A stretch of DNA of 64,000 nt. Origin: a phage. The position numbers and the translations under genes are program-made. Positions 10,607-20,190 of this stretch are shown piece after piece. The notes under the pieces are model-generated. The model saw only the letters and a list, made by a program, of their open reading frames with translations, was not told where the DNA came from and did no database searches. Position 1 is the first letter of the stretch. Every line of letters begins with the position of its first letter. The stretch lies in assembly GCA_028030915.1 (NCBI GenBank), contig GCA_028030915.1_4867.1; one strand, written 5' to 3'.

Positions 10607-11347
10607 TTACTTTAAGAGATGCAAGAAGCGTGCTGCCTGTTCTGTAAAGTGAAAATACTCGATGGTATCAGGTTCGTCCGAGTGAATGTCATCCGGGTCC
10701 AGCAGGTAGCCCGAGATATCATCCGTTAAAACCCAAGCGTCTCCCTGCAGGAAAATACCCATCGGTTTTTCTACCACGGGCATCACCAAGTCGGAATAAG
10801 AGTTACCTTCTGCAACCTTTACAATGTCTTCACACGGGTCAACAATATACAGGTTGCAGAGACTACGATCTTTAAGACTGCGATGAAACATCGCTCGATC
10901 GTACCAAATAACCTGAGAACAATTATCTTCGTCACCCGCCACATCGACCAACTCTGTCCAGAAACGATGTAAGAACCAGTTCAACGCACCGGTTATTAGC
11001 TCGTTCGGTTTCAGCATTCTAACGTGTTCGTCGTACAACTCTTCCATTGTCCAGATTCGACAATGCTCACGATCGATTGTCGGTAGCGGAGGTATTTGCG
11101 GCGGGACTTGTTTAGGCATCGGTTCATCACATCTTGCGTTGTAACGCGCAATTGTTTCGGTAACCAGCTCTGCCACAACATCACAAGCCGCTTCAAATCC
11201 CCACTTGTACAACACGTCGTAATCTTCCATGGGCGCAGCACCAAACTCACGGTTCGTTGCCATCCACGACATCCATCCGTATTGCTCCACACAGTTAATC
11301 AGACTTTGTGTGTGGAGCGTGAGCGATTCACTCACGACTCGCAACAT
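10607..11347 (-). CDS. hypothetical protein (start set at the internal Met adjacent to the upstream stop)
   Basis: The track ORF 10607..11407 would overlap the RNase H gene by about 60 nt; the Met at 11347 abuts the RNase H stop. Confidence 0.4.
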   Translation of the reverse strand: MLRVVSESLTLHTQSLINCVEQYGWMSWMATNREFGAAPMEDYDVLYKWGFEAACDVVAELVTETIARYNARCDEPMPKQVPPQIPPLPTIDREHCRIWTMEELYDEHVRMLKPNELITGALNWFLHRFWTELVDVAGDEDNCSQVIWYDRAMFHRSLKDRSLCNLYIVDPCEDIVKVAEGNSYSDLVMPVVEKPMGIFLQGDAWVLTDDISGYLLDPDDIHSDEPDTIEYFHFTEQAARFLHLLK

Positions 11348-11348
11348 G

Positions 11349-12863
11349 TTACACCTCTTCTTCTCGCAGTATGCGACGGTTTGCGTAATACGCACACCAC
11401 AACCCATGATACTCTTTACCGATATAGATTAAGAAGTAACGGATGTAGTATTTTTCAGGACGACACACCGCGATGTAATAACGGCCTTCGGGTTCTTTAA
11501 TACGGTTGATTTCCGTACGCGATGGAATATCGATACCACGCGTCAAAATAACCGAGACAGGTCGTTTACCCATCGGAAAGTCAATCTTTAACGTTATTGA
11601 CTTATCGACGCTACGGTAGTATTCCTTAACAGGCTTACCTTTGTCATCGAACAACAAGTCAGTAATATCATTTAAGACATAACCCTTTTCCTGATGCAGA
11701 ACATCTCTCAACGTTGTAGCGAGTTCGTCACGAATATCCAGCGCACGGTACGACAATAAGGGCGGGCGAAGCATTCTGGAGATGGCCAGGTCTTCAAAGA
11801 ACCAGACATTGGAATCTTCTCCACTGAAATGCATCTTGTCTGCCGGTAATCCATCACCTGCCACGTCAACGAACTTCTTACGTTTAACGAACTCATTGTT
11901 AACAACACCGATTGGATCATACTGCCGCATCTTCGGTGTATCTTTCCATGCCAGGGCGGCGTGGTTGTTTACAATCGTGTAGATGTTATCCCACGGTTGT
12001 TTAGTGAACATTACGGAAAAGTGTGCATCAGGAATCATTTTCCCAATAAACACCAAGTCGTCCTTGTTCTTTGCATGGTTGCCACCAAACATGTAATAGA
12101 AAGTTTCATCTTTCACTTTTACAGTAGGATGGTCCTCGTTCACCAACGGATAGCAATATTTAACCGTACAAATCGGCGGATATGCCGCAAGGTTCATCCC
12201 AGCGGCGATGGGCTCGGGTTCCGCGGATGCAGGCAACTCATCCTTCGACCAGTACGGCTGATATGGAACGCCGTCGTTGGTCGCTGTGATGGCTGAACCT
12301 TTTCTAGCCAATTCGTCCGCCCGGTCGTTACCGTAGTGGCCGGAGTGTCCTTTGATTTTGATAACCTTAACACCCCGTCCTTCTTTTTTCATCTGCTGTT
12401 TGATTTCCCAGATACGAACAATAAGTTCTTTGTTCGCCAGCGGAGTACCGTCAGCACGAACCCAACCACGTTTATGCCAGCCGTCTATCCACTCGTTAAA
12501 AGTGTTTACAACGTAACTGGCATCCACGTAGATGATATAGTTCTTCGCGCGGAAGGGCGCGTTCTCAAACAACGTGATGAAGGCGATTAACTCGCCCACA
12601 TCTGAGTAGAACTCTTTCGGAACGGGAATAACGGCGTCGACAAATTGAACGGTGTCCGGCAACTCCGGACAATTCACATCCTGCGGCACTTTTTTGTATC
12701 CAACAGTGGTAATCCGTTCTGAAACACCCGGATGGCTATAAGCCTGACTGTCTTCCAAATCTCCGTTGTTGAATAAATAACCATGAATACCAGCCCCCGA
12801 ACCTTTCGGGGACTCAGTATGACTACCATCGGTATAAATAACCGCTACGTCGACGTCTTTCAT
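11349..12863 (-). CDS. RNase HI (RnhA-type) N-terminal domain fused to an unknown ~300-aa C-terminal domain
   Basis: N-terminus IYTDGS, then YVDASYV...WHKRGW...IKGHSGHYGNDRADELAR, matching the E. coli RNase HI pattern (FTDGSC...STDSQYV...WKKRGW...VKGHAGHPENERCDELAR). Confidence 0.8.
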   Translation of the reverse strand: MKDVDVAVIYTDGSHTESPKGSGAGIHGYLFNNGDLEDSQAYSHPGVSERITTVGYKKVPQDVNCPELPDTVQFVDAVIPVPKEFYSDVGELIAFITLFENAPFRAKNYIIYVDASYVVNTFNEWIDGWHKRGWVRADGTPLANKELIVRIWEIKQQMKKEGRGVKVIKIKGHSGHYGNDRADELARKGSAITATNDGVPYQPYWSKDELPASAEPEPIAAGMNLAAYPPICTVKYCYPLVNEDHPTVKVKDETFYYMFGGNHAKNKDDLVFIGKMIPDAHFSVMFTKQPWDNIYTIVNNHAALAWKDTPKMRQYDPIGVVNNEFVKRKKFVDVAGDGLPADKMHFSGEDSNVWFFEDLAISRMLRPPLLSYRALDIRDELATTLRDVLHQEKGYVLNDITDLLFDDKGKPVKEYYRSVDKSITLKIDFPMGKRPVSVILTRGIDIPSRTEINRIKEPEGRYYIAVCRPEKYYIRYFLIYIGKEYHGLWCAYYANRRILREEEV

Positions 12864-13582
12864 TATTCTCCTCGCAACTGCGGTGGAATGTATTCACCTG
12901 TGCACATTTCGCGGTGGGCTTCTAACATGCGTTCGAAGCCGTACGTACGCGCGACCAGGGCCAAATGATAGATGCGTGCCGTAGAATACGCTTCCTTCGC
13001 AGCATCAAAGCTAGCGTTATGCTCGTACGCTTCTTTGCCACGGGTCCAATGGTGCGCTTCTGCGTGCCAGTTCGGTTCCAGGCCAAACGCATATGCAATA
13101 CGTTCTGCAGTCCGGTCAGAGTCCAATATAGAAAACTTGCGGTACTTGCCCGGCGGGATATCGCACTGCGCGAATGCGTTCATCAGAATTGGAGCATCGA
13201 AATCGGGACCGCGCATGGTGATAACCATTTTCACGTTGCCCAGATCATCCAACCATTTTTTGGCCGCCCACAGTGCTTCTGGCAGTGGAGTGGTCCCAGA
13301 AAACGCTTCAATACGTGCTTTCTCGCTCGGTGCGTATTCGGGGTCGCCTTTACCTTCCCAATAACCGACCGTTTGTGGATCGATGTAGAAGATTTCTTTT
13401 GCTTTTGCATCATTGGGGTCGATTTTGTGGTAACATGAACCGATCATTTTCATTGTCGGAACATCGAATGCCACGTTTGCCAACGTTAAGATGTAGGCAT
13501 CTGGACGTAAAGCCAGGGTCTCTAAGTCCGTCCCAACAACAACGGTGGGCGTTAAAACAGGCAGAATTTTAGGATATGTCAT
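12863..13582 (-). CDS. putative DEDD-family 3'-5' exonuclease (239 aa)
   Basis: VVVGTDLET (Exo I-like D-x-E) and HNASFDA (Exo II/III-like); start codon overlaps the RNase H gene boundary. Confidence 0.5.
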   Translation of the reverse strand: MTYPKILPVLTPTVVVGTDLETLALRPDAYILTLANVAFDVPTMKMIGSCYHKIDPNDAKAKEIFYIDPQTVGYWEGKGDPEYAPSEKARIEAFSGTTPLPEALWAAKKWLDDLGNVKMVITMRGPDFDAPILMNAFAQCDIPPGKYRKFSILDSDRTAERIAYAFGLEPNWHAEAHHWTRGKEAYEHNASFDAAKEAYSTARIYHLALVARTYGFERMLEAHREMCTGEYIPPQLRGE

Positions 13583-13627
13583 TTCAACTCTCCACGAGAT
13601 TATATATCACACTATTGACTATTAACG

Positions 13628-13666
13628 TAAAAAAAGGAAATCCCCTCTTACCCGAAGGTAAGAGGG
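13628..13666 (-). terminator. intrinsic terminator (CCTCTTACC-CGAA-GGTAAGAGG, U-tract on minus strand)
   Basis: Hairpin with GNRA-like loop preceded on the plus strand by an A-run; downstream of the 13672..14151 gene. Confidence 0.45.
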
Positions 13667-13671
13667 AGTTT

Positions 13672-14151
13672 TCATTGCACAAGGCAACTACTTTTGTGCC
13701 GTTCGTAGGCATGATTAAAAGACTCTCTGTCTTCGCGATAGCTGCGAATGAGAGACTTAATCTGTCGTGACAAATCACGACTAATGTCCTGAGGGCTACG
13801 AGAACCAGGGTCGAGATATATCCCGGAGGGTATATCATGAAGAGTGGGGCGAATAAACTCTTCACAAAGCGGTGCGGCCATCGGGGTGCGCCACCCCTTA
13901 GCTTCTGCGTAATTGTTCAACGACTTAGCGTACAGATAAACGTAATAAGCATAAGCGTTCACATCCGCAACAAACATTTTCCCTGCCAACTTTTTCGCCT
14001 CAGGACTGTTCCCACCAGCATAAACTGGTGGGTGTTCTAAAGGACGAAAAGGCCAATCTCCGGTTGAGGAGTAATCTGGGTCTACGTGACGGACGGCTCC
14101 AGGACATCCTGTCAACAATAGCACCAGTATCGCCACCAAAAATAACTTCAT
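13672..14151 (-). CDS. putative lipoprotein (159 aa), lipobox LLTGC
   Basis: N-terminal hydrophobic segment ending LLTGC; located immediately downstream of a membrane-anchored Pro-rich protein. Confidence 0.5.
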   Translation of the reverse strand: MKLFLVAILVLLLTGCPGAVRHVDPDYSSTGDWPFRPLEHPPVYAGGNSPEAKKLAGKMFVADVNAYAYYVYLYAKSLNNYAEAKGWRTPMAAPLCEEFIRPTLHDIPSGIYLDPGSRSPQDISRDLSRQIKSLIRSYREDRESFNHAYERHKSSCLVQ

Positions 14152-14160
14152 GTATGCTCC

Positions 14161-14676
14161 TCATGGATTATTAAGCGTACTGATAATCTCCTGTCGGAAA
14201 TCATTTGCCTCCTGCGACCCTACCGGGCGAGAAGCGGCCTGGTATTTCTTGGCAGGTGGGCTAGACGGATTTAACGGTGCCGGCGGTGTTACCGGCTTGA
14301 GTTCTACAGGCGGAACCGCGGCCTCAGTGCCTGTTCCTGTTGGAGATTTGGTACCATCATATGGCGGTCGAGAACCCAGGCACGTGAAGAGACGATCGTA
14401 CAACTTATTGTTCTCCACTTCGCTATGATCGGACTTCTCTTTTAGCTCCTTATAGGATATCTCCAGATACTGAGTACGCGATTGAACGCTAACCAGTGTG
14501 TGGTATTGAACAATGTAGGCGTATGAGACAAATGCAGAGAACGCGATCAGTGCCACTATCACTAGTGTCACTATTTTCCCGGCTCGTGTTACTTTCTCCC
14601 CCTCGCCCGGTTTAAATGCTTCCCACAGCATTTGTAAGAATGGAAGCAGTTTGAAAACTGATGCTATCATGCTCAC
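14161..14676 (-). CDS. membrane-anchored protein with Pro-rich linker (spanin-like or TonB/TolA-like)
   Basis: Single N-terminal TM segment (IVTLVIVALIAFSAFVSYAYIV), short charged helical region, Pro-rich stretch PVELKPVTPPAPLNPSSPP. Confidence 0.45.
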   Translation of the reverse strand: MSMIASVFKLLPFLQMLWEAFKPGEGEKVTRAGKIVTLVIVALIAFSAFVSYAYIVQYHTLVSVQSRTQYLEISYKELKEKSDHSEVENNKLYDRLFTCLGSRPPYDGTKSPTGTGTEAAVPPVELKPVTPPAPLNPSSPPAKKYQAASRPVGSQEANDFRQEIISTLNNP

Positions 14677-14694
14677 CTCGGAGAGTTTTTAATT

Positions 14695-16074
14695 ATGTAT
14701 GATTTACAAGGCTTTATTCAAATAGCGGCTCTGATTGATAATGGCCCTGGCAACACCGCTCCGGTAGGTGAGTTGTCTGAGCTGTCATATTCGTTCGCTA
14801 AAAGCAAGCAGTATTTTACTAAAGAAAATCTGCAGGTGGAACTGGTTGCTTTTACTTCTAAACGTGACGAGTTACCTATTAAGACCCCGGCCGTCTTTAG
14901 CGACCACGTTCTTACTGTTTCCCAATGGATCTACCAACAGTCTATCCTGGGCAACTTAAGAAACGACGAAGTTGAATTCCAGCGTTTGCTGTTGGGGCAA
15001 TTTAATAGTGTCATCAGCGGTGTTCAGTCTGGCGCGATGATTCAGACTAACAGTAACTGGTTCCCACGTTGGGTCAGTTGGAAACTTGAAACCACAGCAG
15101 ATAAAGTCGAAGACCCATCTGATGTGAATAACCAGATTATTCTCTGGTTTGCTGATGAAGATTTCAATCAGGACTATACCGGATTTGAAATTGAAGTCCA
15201 AATGCCGATATTACCGGTTGATACTTTCTTGGCTGTGAAATCTGTAGTCGAAAAGGCAATGGAAGGGTTCAACCTTCCGGATCACCATAATAAGATTAAC
15301 GAATTAGCTGACGGTTATCCGTACACTAGCCTGATTACTAACATCTATACTTGGCACGACCAGGAAGACTTTGATTCCACCTTACCGATACCGATGTCGG
15401 CTATCATCTACGGACGCGCGGGTCGTAACCCGAGCAGGATTAAACAAGCGTTGCGTGATTACATTTTGGCAAACTCCAGTTTTACTGTGGCGTTGGGTGT
15501 CAAGGTGTTCCCAGAAATCTTTACGACCACCAAGTTCACAATTGTTCCCGGTTGGTCAATTCGTGGGATTCCAAATGAGGAAGACGTTGCGGCATTATAC
15601 TCGCCGATTCTCCCATATGATTTCTGGGTCAAAGCAATCTCCCGATTTGGGGAGTGGACTGTTCAAACCATTACGGAAAAAAATAGTGGAGCAATCTCAA
15701 CTCCAACTACCGATGTAACGGATTTACCGTCCATCTATAAATCACTAAACGCTGTAGTTATCGCAGGCCCTGAAAACGATTCACGCAAAACGACCCTGCA
15801 CGATACGATTCCCGACTACGCATTAATCGGCACTAACAATGCAGATATTGCGAGAATGTCGAAGAAAACCACCGAGTGGCTGGACTTGTTCTTCCAGGCG
15901 TTAATCGCAGCGGAAGAGTATCACCCACATTCCACCCCGCTGGATATCGTGAAGCTCGTAGACGACGTCGATCCTAACGTTTACTTCTACGTCTTCGAAT
16001 TCGATAACGTGGAGTATCGTGTCTTGGCCCGCAAAGCTGTTTGGGATGTCCCTGCGGCAGAGCCAGAAGCCTAA
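14695..16074 (+). CDS. hypothetical protein (459 aa), possibly abundant or structural
   Basis: Plus-strand ORF in a two-gene unit closed by a strong terminator; no recognised motif. Confidence 0.55.
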   Translation: MYDLQGFIQIAALIDNGPGNTAPVGELSELSYSFAKSKQYFTKENLQVELVAFTSKRDELPIKTPAVFSDHVLTVSQWIYQQSILGNLRNDEVEFQRLLLGQFNSVISGVQSGAMIQTNSNWFPRWVSWKLETTADKVEDPSDVNNQIILWFADEDFNQDYTGFEIEVQMPILPVDTFLAVKSVVEKAMEGFNLPDHHNKINELADGYPYTSLITNIYTWHDQEDFDSTLPIPMSAIIYGRAGRNPSRIKQALRDYILANSSFTVALGVKVFPEIFTTTKFTIVPGWSIRGIPNEEDVAALYSPILPYDFWVKAISRFGEWTVQTITEKNSGAISTPTTDVTDLPSIYKSLNAVVIAGPENDSRKTTLHDTIPDYALIGTNNADIARMSKKTTEWLDLFFQALIAAEEYHPHSTPLDIVKLVDDVDPNVYFYVFEFDNVEYRVLARKAVWDVPAAEPEA

Positions 16075-16084
16075 GGAGGGTTAA

Positions 16085-16708
16085 ATGGCACAACTGTTGC
16101 CTAACACGCCTCAGGTTAACCTTGAGGGGTTGTTCAAGGTTAAGGCACCTTATACGTTGCCAGATAAAGTGATTTACCGTGTTGACGCGGTACAGAACTT
16201 TCCGAAACTCCAACGTAATAATATTGACGTTTATAACAAGTATTATAAACCTGTCGGCCTAACTCGTGACGACTATATCAGCGACGCTAATGTCGAAGCC
16301 TCGATTGTAACATTAAAGTCGAGGGACGGTCAAGTCTACGAGTTGCCTGATACGTACATTGAGACGTATCCTGGACTGAACGGGTTAAATTATAGACGCA
16401 ATGTGGTGGTTATTGACCTGGCATTAATACCCGAATACGTCGATGTCACACTGCTAACGAACGACCTGAAAAGCATCTTAGAACGCGGTTTAGGAATCGA
16501 TGCACGTGTGGACATCACATCGATGGATTACGAAGGGACGGTGACGGAAGAAGAACACTTGCAAATGGAAGCGGTGCGTAAAGCCAAAATCCGTGAGCAG
16601 GTTCCTCTGACAGAACAAGTTGCAACACTCACTAAGCAGAATCAAGAACTGCAGGCGTTGAATGATGCGATGTTGAAAATCCTGAAAGATAACGGGTTAA
16701 CAAATTAA
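16085..16708 (+). CDS. hypothetical protein (207 aa) with C-terminal helical/coiled-coil-like segment
   Basis: AAGGAGGG RBS immediately upstream; C-terminal LTEQVATLTKQNQELQALNDAMLKILKDNG. Confidence 0.55.
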   Translation: MAQLLPNTPQVNLEGLFKVKAPYTLPDKVIYRVDAVQNFPKLQRNNIDVYNKYYKPVGLTRDDYISDANVEASIVTLKSRDGQVYELPDTYIETYPGLNGLNYRRNVVVIDLALIPEYVDVTLLTNDLKSILERGLGIDARVDITSMDYEGTVTEEEHLQMEAVRKAKIREQVPLTEQVATLTKQNQELQALNDAMLKILKDNGLTN

Positions 16709-16720
16709 AGAAAAAAAGAA

Positions 16721-16760
16721 CTACCTACTCCCTTGGGAGTAGGTAGGCTTTTATTTTTTA
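16721..16760. terminator. bidirectional intrinsic terminator (CTACCTACTCCC...GGGAGTAGGTAGG, flanked by A-run and T-run)
   Basis: Inverted repeat between convergent genes 16085..16708 (+) and 16766..17923 (-). Confidence 0.6.
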
Positions 16761-16765
16761 TCGCA

Positions 16766-17923
16766 TTACTTGCCGATAATTTCACGCATCATTGCTTTGA
16801 TTGTGGCAGCAGTACGTTTCTTTTTCGGCTGCTTGCGGATTTCCGCGTACAGTTTATCCAGGTTCAGAGTTTTCTGTACCTGTGCAACGATATGCATTTG
16901 CTCTTCGTCGATTTTCACTTCGACGGTCTGCTCCTGCATCTTGCCCAGTTCCTGAATAACGCTGGCAACCGATACCGGATATGCGGTTGATTTCGGACGC
17001 TCAATGCCGAGGGTGATGAAGATTTCATCATCGATGAACACGTTTTCGATATCAGCCAGGTTTTCCAGAATGATTTCATCGTGGTCTTCATCTTCCGACG
17101 CATTCGGGTATGGACGTTTGTAGGTGTAATCCCACACGTCATAACCGAGTTTATCTGCGAGTTGTACGAAACCTTCCCAGGTTACTTCGCCGGGGTTGAT
17201 AGTCTGGCCACGGAAACCGGGGTTGGCCGTAAAGACTTTCACCCAGTCGATGTTCGCGATGTTACGACACTCTTCCAGCGGCGCGTAACGATCTCCCACT
17301 TCGTCATTGTCAGTCTCTTCAACATGCTCTGCTTCACAACGCTCGAAAGTAACTGAGTGTGGTTTACCGTCGCCGAAGATAACGGAGGCAGCACGCCAGT
17401 CTTCGATAGTCCACTGGACATGAGTCAATTCAATGTAACAATGCCCAACCTTAGCACGGCCTTGTGGGGCACTTACTGGTTTAATCAACTCACCTGGTTC
17501 GAAGAAGAATCCGTCAGAATGTGCAATGGCATACCAGACACCATCAACGCCTTCAACGAGAATAGACCAGTTATAAGGCGCGTGGCAATTTTGGAAAGCT
17601 ACACCCAGCATACTTCCCCAACGGTCATCTGGCGAATATTTCAGTGGTGGCAGGTTATCAAACTGAAGAGTTTGAGAAGAAAGGCACAACTTATTACGCA
17701 GGTGCGGCAGCGGCAGATAAGCCTCCACATTGTTATCGACCAGCGCATTGTAAAGATCCGGGTTGATAACACCGGTGCCAGTGACGTGTTGTGCAATCAG
17801 AGCTTCTGAATATGCACGAATACCTTCGTAGCTAAGCACATACGCACGGTCACGTACTACACGAGCCATATCTTCGATTACGGAAATTGGAAATTGCATG
17901 TTAATAGTCCTTATAAAAGTCAA
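16766..17923 (-). CDS. hypothetical protein (385 aa)
   Basis: ORF in track. Confidence 0.5.
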   Translation of the reverse strand: MTFIRTINMQFPISVIEDMARVVRDRAYVLSYEGIRAYSEALIAQHVTGTGVINPDLYNALVDNNVEAYLPLPHLRNKLCLSSQTLQFDNLPPLKYSPDDRWGSMLGVAFQNCHAPYNWSILVEGVDGVWYAIAHSDGFFFEPGELIKPVSAPQGRAKVGHCYIELTHVQWTIEDWRAASVIFGDGKPHSVTFERCEAEHVEETDNDEVGDRYAPLEECRNIANIDWVKVFTANPGFRGQTINPGEVTWEGFVQLADKLGYDVWDYTYKRPYPNASEDEDHDEIILENLADIENVFIDDEIFITLGIERPKSTAYPVSVASVIQELGKMQEQTVEVKIDEEQMHIVAQVQKTLNLDKLYAEIRKQPKKKRTAATIKAMMREIIGK

Positions 17924-17959
17924 TGGTATTTTCAGATGATTAGTTACTGCTGTAAAAAA

Positions 17960-18226
17960 CTAGTTACGGTCGGAATTAAAGACGTGCCAGGTACTACGCC
18001 AGCGGAAGAATCGGGTTATGAAACCACGTATGTGGTAGCCTGAGAACAACATCCAGATGGTAAGAAAGAGTTGCGCCCATGGGGACGTGAGTTCCATCAG
18101 ATGTGCGACAATCGCACCGATTACCAACATTACCGTGGAGAATAACAAACTATACATCATCGGAATGTTGTGGCTATAGCGTTTCTCCATCCAGTAGAGA
18201 AAATTTATTAAACGTTTCACGAACAC
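17960..18226 (-). CDS. small membrane protein (88 aa, two predicted TM segments)
   Basis: Hydrophobic stretches LLFSTVMLVIGAIVAHL and LFLTIWMLFSGY. Confidence 0.35.
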   Translation of the reverse strand: MFVKRLINFLYWMEKRYSHNIPMMYSLLFSTVMLVIGAIVAHLMELTSPWAQLFLTIWMLFSGYHIRGFITRFFRWRSTWHVFNSDRN

Positions 18227-18237
18227 ACACCCAAGAA

Positions 18238-18272
18238 TTAAATAAAAGGTGGTCAGACCCGAAGGTCTGACC
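18238..18272 (-). terminator. intrinsic terminator (GGTCAGACC-CGAA-GGTCTGACC)
   Basis: Perfect 9-bp stem with GNRA-like loop, preceded by an A-rich run on the plus strand; downstream of the 18278..18871 gene. Confidence 0.45.
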
Positions 18273-18277
18273 GTTAA

Positions 18278-18871
18278 TTACGCTTCGGCCTCAAAGAACG
18301 GCTGGTTCGGTACCACTGCATATTCGAGCACGAAAAGATGTTCTGGGGCATCTTCTGCTCGCCACAGTTTGTGACACGTTGCCAGTTTTTCCAGGATGGT
18401 CAACCAGCTGAGCTGGCAGAAAGCACGATCGCCGAAGAACAGTTTCTGCAGTGCAATCGACACATCCATATACGCCTGTTTGAAGTCGAGTTCTTTATCG
18501 TAACCCGCCGACTGTCGCCACGTCAGCACGAAGCCTGCTTCGGTTTCGTTAATTGCTGGACGTAAACCACAAATCCACATCAGCGCCAGATTAACGTTCC
18601 AGTCGAATTCGATACCTTCGTCTTCGTCATCACCAAACGCCGCGTTTAACGCATCGTAGAAACCGTGGTTCTCTGCGAACCATTCGCCGTACTCAACGTA
18701 TACCGGTGCTTCGACAGCTTCCCCATCGACTTCACCGATAGGACGCTCTACATAGTTCGGGTTGGTTTGAACGTGTTCCGCACCCGCGCGAATTAATTCG
18801 TAGACATCTTTGGCGGTGATTTGTGCGGCTGTTTTAAGACCTGGATACCAGGGGCGTGTTACGAGTGTCAA
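18278..18871 (-). CDS. hypothetical acidic protein (197 aa)
   Basis: ORF in track; 4-nt overlap with upstream gene. Confidence 0.45.
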   Translation of the reverse strand: MTLVTRPWYPGLKTAAQITAKDVYELIRAGAEHVQTNPNYVERPIGEVDGEAVEAPVYVEYGEWFAENHGFYDALNAAFGDDEDEGIEFDWNVNLALMWICGLRPAINETEAGFVLTWRQSAGYDKELDFKQAYMDVSIALQKLFFGDRAFCQLSWLTILEKLATCHKLWRAEDAPEHLFVLEYAVVPNQPFFEAEA

Positions 18872-19590
18872 AGCAATGCTCCTTTCATGATAGTGTTATT
18901 TGCCAGTAGTGTACCGGCCGCAGGTGATATTTTGGTGTACAGCGTATCCCAGATTTTCTGAAGTTCAGCGACGCGTTGGTCGTGGTCTTCCTTCGCAAAA
19001 GCAAGCTGACGTGTTTCAGCTTTCGGTGGTGTCATTTTCGCACCGTAGAATGCTGCGTCTTTTCGGTAGCTGGCCATCCAGCGTTTCCCGACCGGTGATT
19101 TCTTTTTAATCATCGCAACAGCAGCACCCTCACCGAAGCGGTAGCCTAAAGCGATTTCGGCTGTGCTCGGCTTGCGTTTGAGTTGTTTTGTCAGATGATC
19201 CTCGATGTGTTTCATGTAAACGGCAGCAAGCTGTACAGCATACTTCGGTTTATTAAGGTCCGCATTCTTTGGGATGTTAAGTTGTTTCCCATACAGACGT
19301 ATCATGGAGCGTTTAGTGCCTGTCGTCATTTGGACAACACTACTAGCACTGCTCGATTTATTCTTACCCACGTTTTTATTAAAACGGGATTCACGATAAA
19401 TGGTGGTCGCGAGCATCCCGGCATGTACGCCTTGTTTTCGAGATGCGGTGACGATGAGAGGTTTAATCTCATTGAACTGGTCCTGGATAAGGACGAATTC
19501 TTTTTGGTGTTTGTTACTGGTGGTCTGGTAAGAAGCGTTGCTGTTGAACGTAGTCATTGCTACCAGAAGAAACAAAATGGTGCGAAACAT
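18868..19590 (-). CDS. putative secreted lytic transglycosylase (SLT-like domain)
   Basis: N-terminal signal-like segment MFRTILFLLVAMTTFNSNA; SLT-like motifs ESRFN...SSASSVVQMT and YRFGEGAA. Confidence 0.45.
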   Translation of the reverse strand: MFRTILFLLVAMTTFNSNASYQTTSNKHQKEFVLIQDQFNEIKPLIVTASRKQGVHAGMLATTIYRESRFNKNVGKNKSSSASSVVQMTTGTKRSMIRLYGKQLNIPKNADLNKPKYAVQLAAVYMKHIEDHLTKQLKRKPSTAEIALGYRFGEGAAVAMIKKKSPVGKRWMASYRKDAAFYGAKMTPPKAETRQLAFAKEDHDQRVAELQKIWDTLYTKISPAAGTLLANNTIMKGALL

Positions 19591-19689
19591 GGATGTATCT
19601 CCAAACGGATTTATACTTTTCCGTTCCCAATCCGGGAAGACGGCGCGGACGGCATTGTGCTCCTTTGTAATGTGCCCTGATGATAATAT

Positions 19690-20190
19690 CTATTTGAAAC
19701 TATTTGGGATGATTTTCTCTGCTTCCCTCAGCAGGGTGTCCGGTAAATAGAATCGATAAGTCTGCTCCGTGTGCTGTAGTCGTTTCTGTAAGTGTATAAA
19801 GATTTCCAATCGCTCATGGTAACGTAACCAACCGTTAGCCATCCCTAGGGGCGGTATCGCAATCCCTCCTTCTAAGTCTTCCCCTAGTCGCGCCAGCGCA
19901 TCAATGCCGGACGTGACATAGTAAATCTGCGATTTATAGCGAAAATGGGTTTTAGTAGGAAGGAGTATTACCCCTTCCTCAGGATAACAATAGACCTCAC
20001 CGATAACGATTTGCTCTTTACGGCATTTCTGGCGATAGTCATTATAAAGCGATGGGAAGCGTTCTCGGCACGCCAAAGCAATACCCCTTCCCATCGCACC
20101 AACGCAATTAACTGTAACGACCTTGAAGCGCTCAGGCGCGTTAAACAGGTCGTGGGAGATAACGGCCTCGTCGATCAGTTCTAGTGACAT
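19690..20190 (-). CDS. macro-domain protein, TARG1/DarG-like (candidate ADP-ribosyl hydrolase)
   Basis: VTVNCVGAMGRGIALACRERFP resembles the TARG1/DarG-type macro signature (C-x-x-x-x-MG-x-GIA...FK..F); downstream IAIPPLGMANGWL resembles the PRIGCGLDRL region. Confidence 0.6.
   Translation of the reverse strand: MSLELIDEAVISHDLFNAPERFKVVTVNCVGAMGRGIALACRERFPSLYNDYRQKCRKEQIVIGEVYCYPEEGVILLPTKTHFRYKSQIYYVTSGIDALARLGEDLEGGIAIPPLGMANGWLRYHERLEIFIHLQKRLQHTEQTYRFYLPDTLLREAEKIIPNSFK

Noticed and set aside
11011-11292. 93-aa minus-strand ORF inside the 10607..11347 gene
   Set aside because: Alternative frame within a longer ORF; no independent support.
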